The notes below the pieces were generated by a model, which was given only the letters and a program-made list of their open reading frames with translations, had not been told where the DNA came from and did no database searches. Positions 1 through 14,244 of a DNA stretch of 64,000 nt are shown in pieces. The position numbers and the translations under genes are program-made. Each line of letters opens with the position of its first letter. Positions within the stretch are counted from its first letter, which is position 1. Source of the DNA: Isurus oxyrinchus (taxonomy: Eukaryota); NCBI GenBank assembly GCA_026770705.1, contig JANJGN010000052.1:558001-622000 (forward strand). Direction: 5' to 3'.

Positions 1-419
1 AGTCCCTCCGCAACGCCCTTCACCTTGTGCAAATATGTGTTCATATTGATGCAACACAACATAGCAAAAACAGAGGGGCTGGTTCTTATGTCGGCAAATC
101 AGGTGAAGCGCACGCCCCCTAACCCCTTACTCCTCTCATTGCTACACTTACTATTTTACAAATTGTGTGCGTTGCTTTTATTTTGGACAAGGGGCCTCGA
201 GGGGGAACTGATTTACGCTGAGGTTTAAGGGTTAACAGCCATGTCATGTGTTGATCGGTCAGTGTTTACCATGTGGAGACTGTCTGTCACCAGCTTTGTT
301 CATGGTTTATCCAGGAACATTGAAGGGCATGAACGTTCTTGCTTTGTATGGAACAAGTTACCAACTGGGTTCAGTCATCGACTCAGACTCACATCAACAT
401 AAACTGGCTTCTGACAGGT

Positions 420-1050
420 AAGTTTCTATTACATGAGGGTAGGAGGAGGCCATTTGGCCCCTCGAGCCTGCTCCACCATTCAATGAGATCATGGCTGATC
501 TGCAAACTAGCCCCATATGGCTTTGTCCCATCTCCTTTAATACCTTTGGATAACAAAAATCTATCAGTCTCACAGGTTTAAAATGAACAACTTGATCGTG
601 CATCAGTTTCAGTTTGGGGAAGACCGTTCCAAATTTCTCCCACCCTTTGTACTTCCTAATTTCACTCCTGAAAGGTCAGCCTCTCCTTTTTAGGCTCTGA
701 CCCCGAGTCCCAGACTCCCCCCAACCAGGGGAAATGGTTTCTCTTTATCGCCCCCGATCTGTTCCCCTTAATATCATGCAAACTTTCATCAAATCTCCTG
801 CTTAACATTCTAACTTCCAGGGAATACAAGCCGAGTTTGTGTTTAATCTCTCCTTGTGATTTAACCCTTGGAGTCCCGGTCTCATTCTGGTAAACTGACA
901 CTGCTCTCCCTCCGAGGTCAGTATATCCTTCCTAAGGTGTGGGGCCCAGAATGTCTCACAGTGACTCCAGGTGTGGTCTAGCCAGGGCTTTATGTAGACT
1001 GAAGCATGACCTCTGCCCCCTTATATTCTAATCCGTGAGATAGAAAGGGC
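420..1050 (-). mobile_element. CR1 LINE 3' fragment
   Basis: LGLYSLE..R-type ORF2 end and CR1 3' UTR motif ctcgaggggccaaatggcc on minus. Confidence 0.75.
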
Positions 1051-2381
1051 AGAGTTCCAGAATTGTTGTGTTTATTCGACAACAGAATAACAGAGGAAGG
1101 TTTCCTCTCTGCCCTCTTCAGCCCCACTGGGAAGGTCAGGATGAGAAGGTTGGGCTGGGTCCCCTGTACTGGACACTCGCTGAATCTTCCAATGATAGTT
1201 CTGGGCTGGATTTCAAAACGCATAGACAAGGATTCAGTGTTCCATCACATTCTGCCTTTGTCTCTTTTCCTCTCGTTCTCTTTCTCTACCATCCTCTCTC
1301 TCTATCTATCTATCTTTCTCCTCATTCTCTCCTGCTTCATCTCTATCACTTTCTTTCTACTTCTTTGTGTGTCTCTGTCTGTCTCTCTCTCTCACTCTTT
1401 CTTTCCTTGTCCTTATCTCTTTCAGTGTCTCCCTCTTTCTCTCTCTCTCTCTCTCTCTCTAAATGTGCCCCTCTCTAACAGTTTGGCCCAGTACTCTTAT
1501 TTCCCTGTTTTACTGGTGTTCCATTTGAAGGTATACAAGACCAGATCAGACCAGAATGTTTATTTTCCAGTGTTTACTGTGTTTTTTTCATTCTGGGTGT
1601 CTCTCGACTCTGTCTGTCCCTCTCTGTCCTTTTATTTCATTCTTTCATGTGATGTGGACATCACTGCCTAGGCCAGCATTTATTGCCCAACCCTAATTGC
1701 TCTTGTTCAGAGGCCACTTTTTAAAAGTCAACCACATTGCTGTGGGTCTGGAGTCACATGTAGGCCAGACCAGGTAAGGACAGCAGATTTCCCTCCCTAA
1801 AGGGCATTTGTGACCCAAATACAAGAATCAGCAATGGTTTCCTGGTCATCATCGGACTTTTAATTCCAGGTTTTTACTGAGTTCAAATTCCACCAACTGC
1901 TGTGGTGGGATTCTAACCAGGGTCCCAGGAGCATTACACTGGGTCTCTGGATTACTGGTCCAGTGAAAATACCATCAGGCCAACACCTCCCCACTCTTCC
2001 CTTCCACCATCTTTCACACTTGTTCTGTCTCTCTCTCACTCTCCTTCTCTCTTCTCCCTCTCTCAGTCTCTGTCTGTCTCTCAATCTCTCTATCGCTCTC
2101 TATCTCCTGGAGGCTCTCTCTCTGACTGTCTCCCTCCCTATATCTGTAACCTCCTCTCTCTCTCCCTTTCCTCCAGCCCCTACAACCCTCCCTAAGGCAG
2201 CCTCCACCTGCCTCTACAATCCTCCCCATCTCTGTAACCACCTTCAACCCCTACACCCCTCCCTATATCTGTAACCACCTCCAGCCCCCACAACCCTCCC
2301 CATCTCTGTAACCACCTTCAACCCCTACACCCCTCCCTATACCTGTAACCTCCTCCAGCCCCTGTAACCCTCCCTATCTCT

Positions 2382-3612
2382 TGAAGGGTTCTCAAAATTC
2401 CCACATTTTCCATATCATCAACAAGGATATCACTTTTGCACCTTTAAACTGCTGAGTTAAGTGGAAAACCCTGCAGACAGGAGGCTGGGCCCATGAAGGC
2501 CTGGGGCTGCACATGTCCGGGCTTATTGAGAGCAGTGTGGAATGTTTGGCCTGAAACCAGACAACGAGAGGAGACAGAATACGCATTCTTCCCTTTAATA
2601 CAATCAACCCAGAGAAAGACTTCACTTCACACGCAACTGAAGCCCATCTAAATCTTGCATCAATAATCGCTCCTAACTTCTGAGGCCGGCAATTTAATTA
2701 TGCGAACCCATCAATACTCCACACATACAATGGCTTTCAGTTCAAAACTAGTTACTGGGCAGGAAGTCAATGATAAACATCATGCGAGCCCATTAACAAC
2801 AACGAGACATCAATCACCTGGGGAAGCCCACCAAAGACAAACAAAGAACGAACCTTGATTTGGATTGCGATAAGAAACTCGAAAGGCAGTATAACTGGGC
2901 AGTCAGTTGGGAGAGAAACCAGCCAGCAGAAGGGTTGCAGTGTTGAAAGCTGACACAGGGCAGTGAGCAGTTGGGAGCGGTTGAAACAGAGTTTAAGCAA
3001 GGAGATCTGGAGGTTTGCAGGCCCACAGGCAACATCACGGTGAGGGGCACGGGGTGGCAGGCTCAACCGAAGACAACAAGGCCATAACCGCTGCCCTCCA
3101 TGAAGATCGACCACCCACAACCGCGCCCTCCACCCAACTGAAGACCCTTCACAGATTCCACAGACCAGGACCACGTGGGGATGACAGGCCCCAGAGGACA
3201 CAAAGAGCATCCCCCAAAACTGCAACCGGCTTACCTGGCTGGATTTCCACCTGTCAAGGAACCCTGGGTTGGTGAGCGTGACCCCTGACCTCTCCTAGTG
3301 CAATTTAGTTAGGGATGGGGGGTGGGACAAGGGTAAGGGCATTAGTAGCGTGATTCTCCCTCGTTATGCCATGTGTTCCCTATTCTTAACTCAGTGTACT
3401 TTGTAAGTCTGTATAATCTCAGTGTCATCCTAATGTTAGAAGTTCATTTGTGACTTCAGTAAACTCAGTTTTTGTCTTGCACCAAAACCAGTTGTCTGCT
3501 GCACTTTGTGACAAGCCCCGAATAAGTCCAAGGTCTAGAACCCAGGGAGTGGGAGCGATTCAGACGGCTCAGAAGTCGCAGGTGAAGCTGTCACACACCA
3601 CCACACCCTACA
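2382..3612. mobile_element. LTR-like segment (TG...CA); the right-arm copy lacks about 845 bp of it
   Basis: TG/CA ends, adjacent to the gag fragment, no clear TSD. The right arm joins 2399 to about 3244 at about 29133. Confidence 0.4.
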
Positions 3613-4030
3613 AGGGGCTGAATGGCCTCCTCCTGTTCCTGTGTAACGGGCATCAGTGGCTGAATGGGCCTCGTCCTTTTTCTGTGTAACAGGCTCAATG
3701 GGGCTGAATGGGCCTCCTCCTGTTCTTGTGTAACAGGCTCGAGGGGGCTGAATGGGCCTCCTCCAGTTCCTGTGTAACAGGCTTGAGGAGCTAAATGGGC
3801 CTCCTCCAGTTCCTGTGTAACAGACATCAGTGGCTGAATGGGCTTGCTCCTGTTCCTGTGTAACAGTCTTGAGGAGGCTGAATGGCCTCTTCCTGTATCT
3901 GTGTAACAGGCTCAATGGGCTGAATGGCCCCCTTCTGTTCCTGTTTAACAGTCTCGAGGGGGCTGAATGGGCCTCTTCCTGTTCCTGTGTAACAGGCTCG
4001 ACGGGCTGAATGGCCTCCTTCTGCTCTGTA
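3613..4030. repeat. About 38-40 bp tandem repeat derived from the CR1 3' end (mirror at 28445-28770)
   Basis: gggctgaatggcctcctcctgttcctgtgtaacaggctcga units. Confidence 0.85.
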
Positions 4031-4039
4031 AAATTGTTG

Positions 4040-5394
4040 TGATACTGTAACTGCCTCTTTGGTTTCATTCAGCTGAATCTTCAGCTCTTCAGTCTCTTCC
4101 TTGTATCTCTTGCCTTCCTCCTGGAACATTGGACATGGTTGGGTCTTCCCTGCCAACTGTTTCTTCAGTTTGCTCAGAGCGGCACAGAATTCGCTTTCTT
4201 TCTCTTCAGGATTTTCCAGTGGAACCAACTCTGACCTGAGGGACACTTGCAGCCTGTGAGGATGCTTCAATTCTTCAAACTCATTCCGAGATACACTCTC
4301 ATATTCCCCCAGCAACTCAGCAACTCCTCCAGTGAAACATTTCAGAGCAGCTGAGCTTGGTTTTCTGGAACCAGTCTCGGCCCAGAAGACTAGGGCCCTC
4401 ACCTGTCGCTATGATCACTGGAAGCTGGGCTGTCTGCTGCCTGTAGGACACAGGTACTGGGATGAGGTCCTTTCCCTGTATGGATTCTCCAGTGTGTGTC
4501 TTCAGCTGATCCATTGTTGGCTCTAAATTCAGCATCTGGGTTCCTTCATTTAGCTGTTTAAATGTGGGCTCTTCCACCATTGTGTCTGAGGCTCCCGTAT
4601 CTGCCCCATTACTAGTGGCTGCCCATTCACTTGGGTTGTGATGGTTATAGGTTCAGTTTTTACCACTGTGACATTGGACAGGGAATAGACATCGGTATCA
4701 GCAGCTTCAGGCTCTGTGATATTATTCACTTCCATCATGTTGGTGCACTGCCTGATGGGCTGTCTCGATTTCACCCTGCATTGCTTTATTACCCACCCCT
4801 TTCTTGTGGCAGTGATGGCATTCTGCCCCCTTGAACCTGCAGGTGTCCGGTACGTGCTCAATGCCCCCCACATCGAGAACAGGCCAACTTCGGAGTTGCT
4901 GCTGAAATACTCCCACGAAGCCTTTTAGTTTCTGGAGCGGCAGAGACTGTCTCTCGCTTGGCGGCTGTCTCTCTCTCTCTCTCTCTCTCTCCAGTTTGAG
5001 CCTCACGCCCGGTGGTTGTTTCCTGTCCCAGCTGAGGACTGGTGCCATGTTGTACATCCTGTAAATCCCGCCAGTCTCTCCCAGCACTTTCCATGCCTGG
5101 CGCTATTTTCATGGAGCGCTTCAAATCGATGTCGGCTTCTGTGAGTAAACGGCTCTGAATGGCGTTGGGGTGAACGACACAAACCAATCGGCCCCGCAAC
5201 ATGTCATTGAGTGTGTCTCCGAGGTCCCAGTGCTCAGTCACCTGCTTCCACTTCACTGTATAGGTTGCGATGGACTCTCCCTGGGCCCTTACTCTGGAGT
5301 TAAACTTAAACCTTTTCATTATTACCCACGGCTTCAGCTGAAAACACATCTTCATGAGGTCGACTAATTGGTGAAAAGATTTAGAATTGGGTGC
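4040..5394 (-). mobile_element. Degenerate Gypsy-like gag-protease fragment
   Basis: RFKFNSRVRAQGESIATY...DTLNDMLRGRLVC; zinc knuckles CSRCGGH and CHHCHKKG; protease-end GPSLLGRDW; frameshifted. Confidence 0.85.
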
Positions 5395-6546
5395 AATACA
5401 CGTCACTGTCTTCAGCTCTGAGACTGTCAATCCTCACCAAACAATTCTTCCCTTCCAAGTCGGCGATTATTTTAGCACGTCCCACGAATGTGGCCATCCC
5501 ATAGTTGGGATCTTTGGTGTGTGATGGTATATTTCCATCTATACCAATATTTATACCAAGCTCCGTGCAGTGCTGTGTAAGAGTGGGAAGGAAAGTCAAA
5601 GCTACACGGAATAACCACACAAGAGCTGCTGATGGCCCTCCAAGGCAGCGCCTTCATAGACCATCCCTCTGACGTCACTCCTGAAAGGCAACAAGGGAAG
5701 AGACAGGACATCAAAAAGCAGAATATTACTTCAATGGAGAGAGGCAGCAGAATGCGGAACAAAGGGATCTGGGTGTCCTTGTACATGAATCACAGAAAGT
5801 CAGCATTCAGGAACAGCACGGAATGAGGAAGGCAAGTGGAATGTTGGCCTTTATTGCAAAGGGATGGAGTATAAAAGGAGGGAAGTCTTGCAACAGCTGC
5901 ACAGGGCGTTGGTGAGATTGTATCAGGAGCAGTGTGTACAGTTCTGGTCTCCTTACTTAGGGAGGGATAGACTCTGCATTGGAGGCAGCTCAGAGGAGGA
6001 TCACTGGGCTGATTCCTGGGATGAAGGGGGTTTGTCTTATGAGGAAATGTTGAGCAGGTTGGGCCCTGTATCCATTGGAGTTTAGAAGAATGAGAGGTGA
6101 TCTTATTGAAACATATAAGATTCTGAGGTGGTGGGGGGTTTGACAGGGTGGATGCTGAGGGGATGTTACCCCTTGTGGGGGAATCCTGTGAAGCAATAAG
6201 GATGTTTTACTGCATTAAAGGTGCTATATAAATGCACTGTCATTCCTATTGAAACAAGCTCTCTGGTGCACAAACAGAAAATGCTGGAAAAACTCAGCAG
6301 GTCTGACAGCATCTGTGGAGAGAGAAACAGAGTTGGTGTTTCGAGTCCGTATGAGGCTTTTTCTTTTGCTAAATTCTCTGACTCGCTAATCACTCACTCT
6401 CTGTGTGATCACTAACCCTGTTCTCTAAAATTAAATGTTCACTTCCTCACTCCAGGAAAGAATCCAATTCCCTGAGTTCCGATCAGTAATGAATTTGTAC
6501 CTTGCAGCAAGCTGATGAAGATCAATATCAGACCGACCTCTCCCAT
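5381..6546 (-). pseudogene. Inverted copy of the same pseudogene (leader 6501-6546, V from 5680) with an extra 2-nt frameshift near 5520
   Basis: Reverse complement of 25916-27083; the V frame is split over ORFs 5472..5786 and 5381..5620. Confidence 0.85.
5745..6185 (+). mobile_element. CR1 LINE ORF2 fragment (mirror at 26277-26720 on minus)
   Basis: RDLGV...LYRALVR...CVQFWSPYL motifs. Confidence 0.85.
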
Positions 6547-6825
6547 CTTCAGTTCCTCATCTAAATGGAAATGATAAAGACAGAGACTTTTTCATAAATT
6601 GTCCCCAGCGTTTCTTCCTCAAACAACAACTTGTGGTTAAATGGCACCTTTCAGTGAGTTAAACAGCCCCAGGGAATAAACTAATGTCAAGACAAGGAAG
6701 GAGAGATTGAGAAGGGACATCGCAAACCAATTCACCAAACACGGCAAAAATTCATTCTTCCCTCACTCCCTGTGCTGGGTGTCCAGCTTTTTCTCTCAGT
6801 GAGTTTAGCCCTCACAATATCTATC

Positions 6826-6991
6826 TATCGCACTCTTCTGCTCTATCTCTCTCTCTCACACACACACACATTCTCTCTCTAACACTCACAATCTCTCTCT
6901 ATCACACTCTTCTGCTCTATCTCTCTCTCTCTCTCACACACACACATTCTCTCTCTAACACTCACAATCTCTCTCTATCGCACTCTTCTGC

Positions 6992-7022
<31 letters not shown>

Positions 7023-8790
7023 TTCTCTCTCTAACACTCACAATCTCTATCACACTCTTCTGCTCTATCTCTCTCTCACACACACACATTCTCTCTCTAA
7101 CAAACACAATCTCTCTCTAAAACACTCCTCTGCTCGATCTCTCTCTCTCTCTCACACACACACATTCTCTCTCTAACACTCACAATCTCTCTCTATCACA
7201 CTCTTCTGCTCTATCTCTCTCTCACACACACATTCTCTCTCTAACATTCACAATCTCTCTCTATCACACTCTTCTGCTCTATCTCTCTCTCTCTCACACA
7301 CACACATTCTCTCTCTAACACTCACAATCTCTCTCTATCACACTCTTCTGCTCTATCTCTCTCTCTCTCACACACACATTCTCTCTCTAACACTCACAAT
7401 CTCTCTCTATCACACTCTTCTGCTCTATCTCTCTCTCACACACACACTTTCTCTCTCTAACATTCACAATCTCTCTCTATCACACTCTTCTGCTCTGTCT
7501 CTCTCTCTCTCACACACACACTTTCTCTCTCTAACAAACACAATCTCTCTCTATCACACTCTTCTGCTCTATCTCTCTCTCACACACACACATTCTCTCT
7601 CTAACAAACACAATCTCTCTCTATCACACTCTTCTGCTCTCTCTCTCTCTCTCACACACACACATTCTCTCTCTAACACTCACAATCTCTCTCTATCACA
7701 CTCTTCTGCTCTATCTCTCTCTCTCTCACACACACACATTCTCTCTCTAACACTCACAATCTCTCTCTATCACACTCTTCTGCTCTATCTCTCTCTCTCT
7801 CACACACACATTCTCTCTCTAACACTCACAATCTCTCTCTATCACACTCTTCTGCTCTATCTCTCTCTCTCACACACACACACCTTCTCTCTCTAACACT
7901 CACAATCTCTCTCTATCACACTCTTCTGCTCTATCTCTCTCACACACACACACACACATTCTCTCTCTAACACTCACAATCTCTCTCTATCGCACTCTTC
8001 TGCTCTATCTCTCTCTCTCTCACACACACACCTTCTCTCTCTAACACTCACAATCTCTCTCTATCACACTCTTCTGCTCTATCTCTCTCACACACACACA
8101 CATTCTCTCTCTAACACTCACAATCTCTCTCTATCACACTCTTCTGCTCTATCTCTCTCTCTCTCACACACACACTTTCTCTCTCTAACAAACACAATCT
8201 CTCTCTATCACACTCTTCTGCTCTATCTCTCTCTCTCTCACACACACATTCTCTCTGTCTCCCTCCCTCAAATACATTCTCTCTCTCTCTCAGACACAAA
8301 CACTCTCTCACACACTCACACACTTTCCCTAAAAATAACACAATCTCTCTTTCTGTCAAGCACACACTCTCTCTCACACACACACACTCTCTCTCTCAGA
8401 CACACACATTCTCTCTCTCTCAAACATGTAACATTTCTCTTCATCTCGCTCTTCTGCTGTCTCCCTCTTTCTCTCCCTCGCACACACACACACTCTCTGT
8501 CACAAACACACGCTCTCTCACACACACTCTCTCTCACACACACACACACTCTCTGTCACACACACACTCTCTCTCACACACACTCTCTCTCACACACACA
8601 CACTCTCTCTGTCACAAACACACGCTCTCTCCCACACACTCTCTCTCACACATTATCACATGCACACTCTCTCCCTCATATACAAACACTCTCCCTCACA
8701 CATGCACACACTCTCTCTATCTCTTTTTCTCTCTCACACAGTCTCTCGGTCTCTCTCTGTCTCTCAGACACTCTCTCTCTCTCTGATATA
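6826..8790. repeat. About 62-66 bp compound (CT)n/(CA)n satellite followed by degenerate CT/CA tract
   Basis: Unit atcacactcttctgctctat(ct)n(ca)n ttctctctctaacactcacaatctctctct. Confidence 0.95.
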
Positions 8791-9274
8791 GAATGTTTTA
8801 AGACCTGCTCATGATTTCAGCTCAAAACCCAGGTAGATTCTCCCCAGTGAGGGAGTGGTGAGGGAGTGCTGCACTGTCAGAGGATCAGTACTGAGGGCGT
8901 GCTGCACTGTCAGAGGGTAAGTACTGAGGGAGTGCTGCACTGTCGGAGGGTCGGTACTGAAGGAGTGCTGCACTCTCAAAGGGTCAGTGCTGAGGGAGTG
9001 CTGCACTGTCAGACCTGCCATATTTCAGATGACATTTGAAATTAGCAACATGCCTCATGTATAATTATATATCATCAGCTCAAAATAAATAGATTATTCC
9101 TGTACGTTTCACTTTACTGTAAATTGTTTGCAGTTTCATTTCCTTAGAAACCAGGCTTGTGTGATCACTATTTTTAAATAACGTTAATAATAAAGATGCA
9201 ACAATCCACACGCACACATGTACACACACACACACACTCACTCACAAGGGTACATAGACAGACACACACTCACT

Positions 9275-9414
9275 NNNNNNNNNNNNNNNNNNNNNNNNNN
9301 NNNNNNNNNNNNNNNNNNNNNNNNNNNNNNNNNNNNNNNNNNNNNNNNNNNNNNNNNNNNNNNNNNNNNNNNNNNNNNNNNNNNNNNNNNNNNNNNNNNN
9401 NNNNNNNNNNNNNN
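9275..9414. other. Assembly gap (others at 10322-10546, 18735-18864, 20790-20926)
   Basis: Runs of N flanked by dinucleotide repeats. Confidence 0.99.
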
Positions 9415-11239
9415 GTTAGAGTCCAATAAAAATTTAAAAGAATATATGATTAATACAATAGCTTGTCTTTGAGGTGTAGATTGTTGACGTTTGCAGCTGT
9501 TCAAGGTTAATTGGTTTCCTGTGGCATCCTGGTGGTGATTTGATTCAGATTTGCACTTTGTTGAAGATGCGCTGTTAGCTTCAGAAAGAGAGAGAGAGAG
9601 AGAGAGAATTTCTGCTCTTTTCCAGCAGTGTTTGTGGAAGACTGCCATATTTCTTTTTCCCCTCCTTTCTCTTATATCTGCTTGGCAGAACCATTTGTTA
9701 AACTCCTGTCTGTATATCCCTGAAGTCAATTCGATCAGCATGTTTTGCATTCATTGTTATAGACCAAGTATTCCCATTTTTTTATTTTGCATCTCTGAAA
9801 CCTTTGATGCATTTCAAGATATAAATCAACAGGAGACGGGGGTATTGTATCCTCCACAGGGGGTTTTGAATGGTTGATGATTATCCGCTTGGTGAGCAGT
9901 TCCCAATGTTTTGATTGAACTACAGCTGATCAAAGTCCAGCACTTTACATTTTAATGCCTTCCTTTTAAGAGTGTCTCTATTTGAAGTGGACCCTGACAC
10001 ACCCCAGGCGTGAACTTCCATGCAACAGGTCTGCAGTGCAATTCATTTGAACCTTTCCAGAGAAGTGATCAACTTCACAGTATCAGCAATCAGGTGACTT
10101 GTGTCAGCCATTTTTGATCTGTGTACAATCTTGTATTTCTTTGAAAAACAGGTCGCTTTTAGACAGTTCAATATGTCTTTGGTCTCTTAGTTAAGTTGTA
10201 GGAAGTTCTTAATCGCAGTTTGTTGTCATTGGGATATTGTCTTTGTGTGTGTGTTTGTGTGTGTGAGTGAGTGTGTGAGTGAATGTGTGTGTGTGTGAAT
10301 GTGTGTGTTTGTGTCTGTCTGNNNNNNNNNNNNNNNNNNNNNNNNNNNNNNNNNNNNNNNNNNNNNNNNNNNNNNNNNNNNNNNNNNNNNNNNNNNNNNN
10401 NNNNNNNNNNNNNNNNNNNNNNNNNNNNNNNNNNNNNNNNNNNNNNNNNNNNNNNNNNNNNNNNNNNNNNNNNNNNNNNNNNNNNNNNNNNNNNNNNNNN
10501 NNNNNNNNNNNNNNNNNNNNNNNNNNNNNNNNNNNNNNNNNNNNNACAGAGTGAAACCTCCTTGAGTCTGGCCACTGTGTTTAACATTTAAGCCACACAG
10601 ACAGGATGTGGTTAAAAGGTGAAACCACAAGGAGTGAGTGACTTTCTCAGTGACTGTCTCTCTGTGGGTTTCCTGTGGGTTTCTGTGAACTGCCTGTGGT
10701 TTTAAAAAGAATCTTCCAACCCCACATGCACGGCATCAAATAAGGATTTGGAAGCTGCAGCTCAGAGAGTAACTAGTCCCCCGAGAATTCACAGCCCCTC
10801 AAACACAGATTAACAGCATTAATCCTGACCGTCAGCCCACTCACTCATTGCCTCTTGTCTCAGACACTAGAAAGTGGAAGTTAAGGCCGGATTTTCACTC
10901 CCGGGTCGGGGGACACAGAGACGGCAGGAAAAAATAACAAAATATGTCTCGAGCACACAGAGCTCCAAGGGAAGGGTCGTGCTGCAGCTAAGGTGTGAGA
11001 CATGGCACATTCCCCAGATGCAGCATTGAGGCTTGTATGTCTACACAGCTGATGTAGGTGCACATGGAACACATGTGAATGAGCACTGTGATGCACACAC
11101 ACCCTGGAGAGTAATATCCCTCCATGCACTACATATCAGGCTAACATCAACTCATGTTGTCATTGCTGACTCACAGGGTTGAAGCAGGTCACAGAGACGG
11201 CTGCGTCTGGGGTTGGGCCAGCCTCCCTGAGACTCACCG

Positions 11240-11780
11240 TCCTAACATTTGATTGGATCACGTCCGATCTGTATCTTAACCCCATCCACCCGCCTCGGTT
11301 CTGTAACCCTTAACCCCCGACCCAACAACAATCTCCCAATCTCAGTTTTGAAATTTACAATCGACAGCTTTTTCTGAGGGAGAGAGTTCCAGATTTCCAC
11401 CCCCGCTTTGTGTGAAGAAGTGCTTCCTGACATCACCCCCTGAACGGCCTGGCTCCAATGTTAATGTTCTGCCCCCTTGTTCTGAACCCTCCTCACCTCA
11501 ACCCCATCAGAGGAAATAGTTTCTCTCTATTGCCCGTAACAAAGCCTTTAATCATCTTAAACCCCTCGATTAGATCACCCCTTAATCTTCGAGACTCGAG
11601 GGACCACAAGCCTGGTCTGTGCAACCTGTCCTCGGGATTTAACCCTTTCAGACCCGGGATCATCCTGGTGACTCTGCACAGTACCCCCTCCAAGGACAAT
11701 ATATCCTTCCTAAGCTGCTGGACTCAGAACTGAACCCAGTGACTCCAGATTGGATGTGAGGGGACCTTAATAAAACTGTG
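11240..11780 (-). mobile_element. CR1 LINE 3' fragment
   Basis: LEGV..R.TRMIPGLKGL...LESRRLRGDLIE.FK; WNSLP. Confidence 0.85.
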
Positions 11781-12170
11781 CCAGACACTTCAAAAATCTC
11801 TTCAATTCAACCTTGTAAACGCAGTAGGAAATATCCCACGGGGCCATTGTATCTTAGCAACATCGTAAACTTGGCCAAAAGAATCCCCCTGGTCACCCCT
11901 GAGTGTTACTAATATTGTAAACACAATGTATACAGCTCCTCCAGTCTCTGAGAAGCAAAACTAGGACACTAAAGCACCACCACTGGCAGGAGGCTGTAAT
12001 TACAGTGTGACATGTTTACATGGGAATGTTCCATTACCAATGACACAGGAATTTAAATAATCAGAAGGGCATGTGACAACAGGAAGTGGTGCCTTGAAGA
12101 ATGGAATTATTCACTAGAGTACGTATTTAATTTGATAAAACTGTACAGAAATGTCAGGGCATTTTAATTG

Positions 12171-14244
12171 CTTCTTTTTTGTATTCATTCACTGACACTG
12201 GCTAGGCCAGAATTTATTGCCCATCCCTAATTGTCCTTGAGAATATGGGGGTGAGCTGCCTTCTTGAGCTGCTGCAGTCCCTGTGGTGTAGGTACACCCA
12301 CAGAACTGTTTGGGAGGGTGTTGCAGGATTCTGACCCAGCGACAGTGAAGGAACGGTGATATATTTCCAAGTCAGGATGGTAAGTGACTTGGAGGGGAAC
12401 TTCCAGGTGGTGGTGTTCCCATGTGTCTGCTGCCCTTGTCCTTCTAGATGGTAGTGATCATGTGTTTGGAAGGTGCTGTCTAAGGAGGCTTGGTGACTCC
12501 CTGCATTGCATCTTGTAGATGGTACACACACTGCTGCCACTGTGCGTCAGTTGTAGAGGGAGAGAATGTTTGTGGACGGGGCGCAAATCAAACGGGGCTG
12601 CTTTGTCCTGGACGGTGTCGAGCTTCTTGAGTGTTGTTGGAGCTGCACTCATCTAGGAAAGTGGAGAGTATTCCATCACTTCTGACCTGTGCCTTGAGGT
12701 TGGTGGACAGGCTTTGGGGAGTCAGGAGGTGAGTTACTCACCACAGGATTCCCAGGCTCTGGCCTGCTCTTATAGTCACAGTGTTTATATGGCTAGTCCA
12801 GTTCAGTTTCTAGTCATTGGTAACCCCCAGAGTGTTGATAGTGTGGGATTCAGCAATGGTGATGCTATTGGACATTAAGGGTAGATGGATATATTCTCTC
12901 TGGTTGGAGATGGTCATTGCCTGGCACTTGTGTGGCATGAATGTTACTTGCTACTTGTCAGGCCAAGCCTGGATATTGTCAAGGTCTTGCTGCATTTGGA
13001 CATGGACTGCTTCAGCATCTGATGAGTCATGAATGATGTTGAACGTTGTGCAATCATCAGCGACCTTCCATAATTCTGACCATCCGATAGAATGAATGTC
13101 ATTGATGAAGCAGCTGAAGATGGTTGGGCCTAGGACACTACACTGAGCAACTCCTGCAGTGATGTCCTGGAACTGAGTTGACTGACCTCCAACAACCACA
13201 ACCACCTTCCTTTGTACTTGGTATGAATCCAACGAGTGGAGAGTTTTCCCTGTGACATGACATGGCAGATGATGTGTGCTTGGTGCTCCAAATCCACAAG
13301 GGAAAATTGGTCATGCTATCACAATAGTTTTGCAATTTGTATTTATTACAAGAAGCGTGCACTGAATTCAGGAGTAATGAGTTGACCACAACCTTTAGAG
13401 ATTTTAAAAATTCAATTAAGATATTTATTAACAAAATAAAAGATTTCAAGCACAGACATAATACCACGGTTAGTTACAGCTAAAATAAATTCTCAAATTC
13501 CTAATTAACCTGAATCCCAGTTACAGAGCCTGTTTAAGGCAACAGTCCAAAATAAGATTTTAGATTAAAAACAAACCCAGCGAGTTAACACAGCACACAC
13601 TTGACACTGGAATTCTAAATGGATTTTTCCAACTTTATTTACTGAACATAACAGACTTATGCACAAATGCCTGGAGGCTTCTTCAAGTCTATTTCACACA
13701 CTCCTGTTAGATCTTACATGTCCCCCAACATAGCCTTTCATTCTCCTTTATACATGTTTCTCTCTCTTTGATGTGTAAATTCTTTGGAACTGTACCTTTC
13801 CCATAATATAAACTTTCATGTTGCCAATATTGTCAATGAAGTTTGGGTAAAATTAAAAAAAAACTCCTTAGCTTTGCTTATTGGGCTTGTCCTAAACAGA
13901 CCAACATCCCTTTGAAATCTAAACAACCCCTTCACACCTTACATGTTAACACAGCCTCCATGTGTTCTCATTAGCATTTCAAGTACATTTCTACATCTAG
14001 CTTCTTTTGATAATCTCAAACTTGCAGTGTACCTGACTCCAGATGTAATTAAACCACACAGACAGACCCATCTACACTCACACCCATAAACCTAGTTTAC
14101 AACAAACCAGGAAAATATACAGCAAATTATTATACTTTCGCACCACCCGATTCCCATTGACTCCAGTTTTACTCGGGCTCCTAAATGCCACACTCGGTCA
14201 AATGCAGACTTGATGTCAAAGGCAGTCACTCTCACCTCACCTTG
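12171..14244 (-). mobile_element. CR1-clade LINE RT fragment interrupted by a solo LTR
   Basis: GVAQCSVLGPTIFSCFIND...ADD RT motifs; LINE sequence resumes at 14146. Confidence 0.85.
13251..14145 (-). mobile_element. Solo LTR (TG...CA), same family as 56880-57805
   Basis: Splits the LINE at ttttccc|...|cccgattccc. Both termini match the reverse complement of 56880-57805. Confidence 0.75.

Larger units (their letters stand above)
1..9274. repeat. Left arm of a large inverted segmental duplication
   Basis: 1-216 matches rc 29268-29483; about 3245-6825 matches rc 25650-29135; about 8240-8950 matches rc 22200-22860; about 8950-9230 matches rc 19880-20180. Confidence 0.92.

Noticed and set aside
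1063-1671. 202-aa hydrophobic ORF (similar ones at 32110..32742 and 22366..23106)
   Set aside because: Translation of CT/CA-rich low-complexity sequence; no splice structure or domain.
3827-4402. 191-aa coiled-coil-like ORF (mirror 28066..28470)
   Set aside because: Lies in decayed retroelement sequence and runs into a tandem repeat; no exon support.
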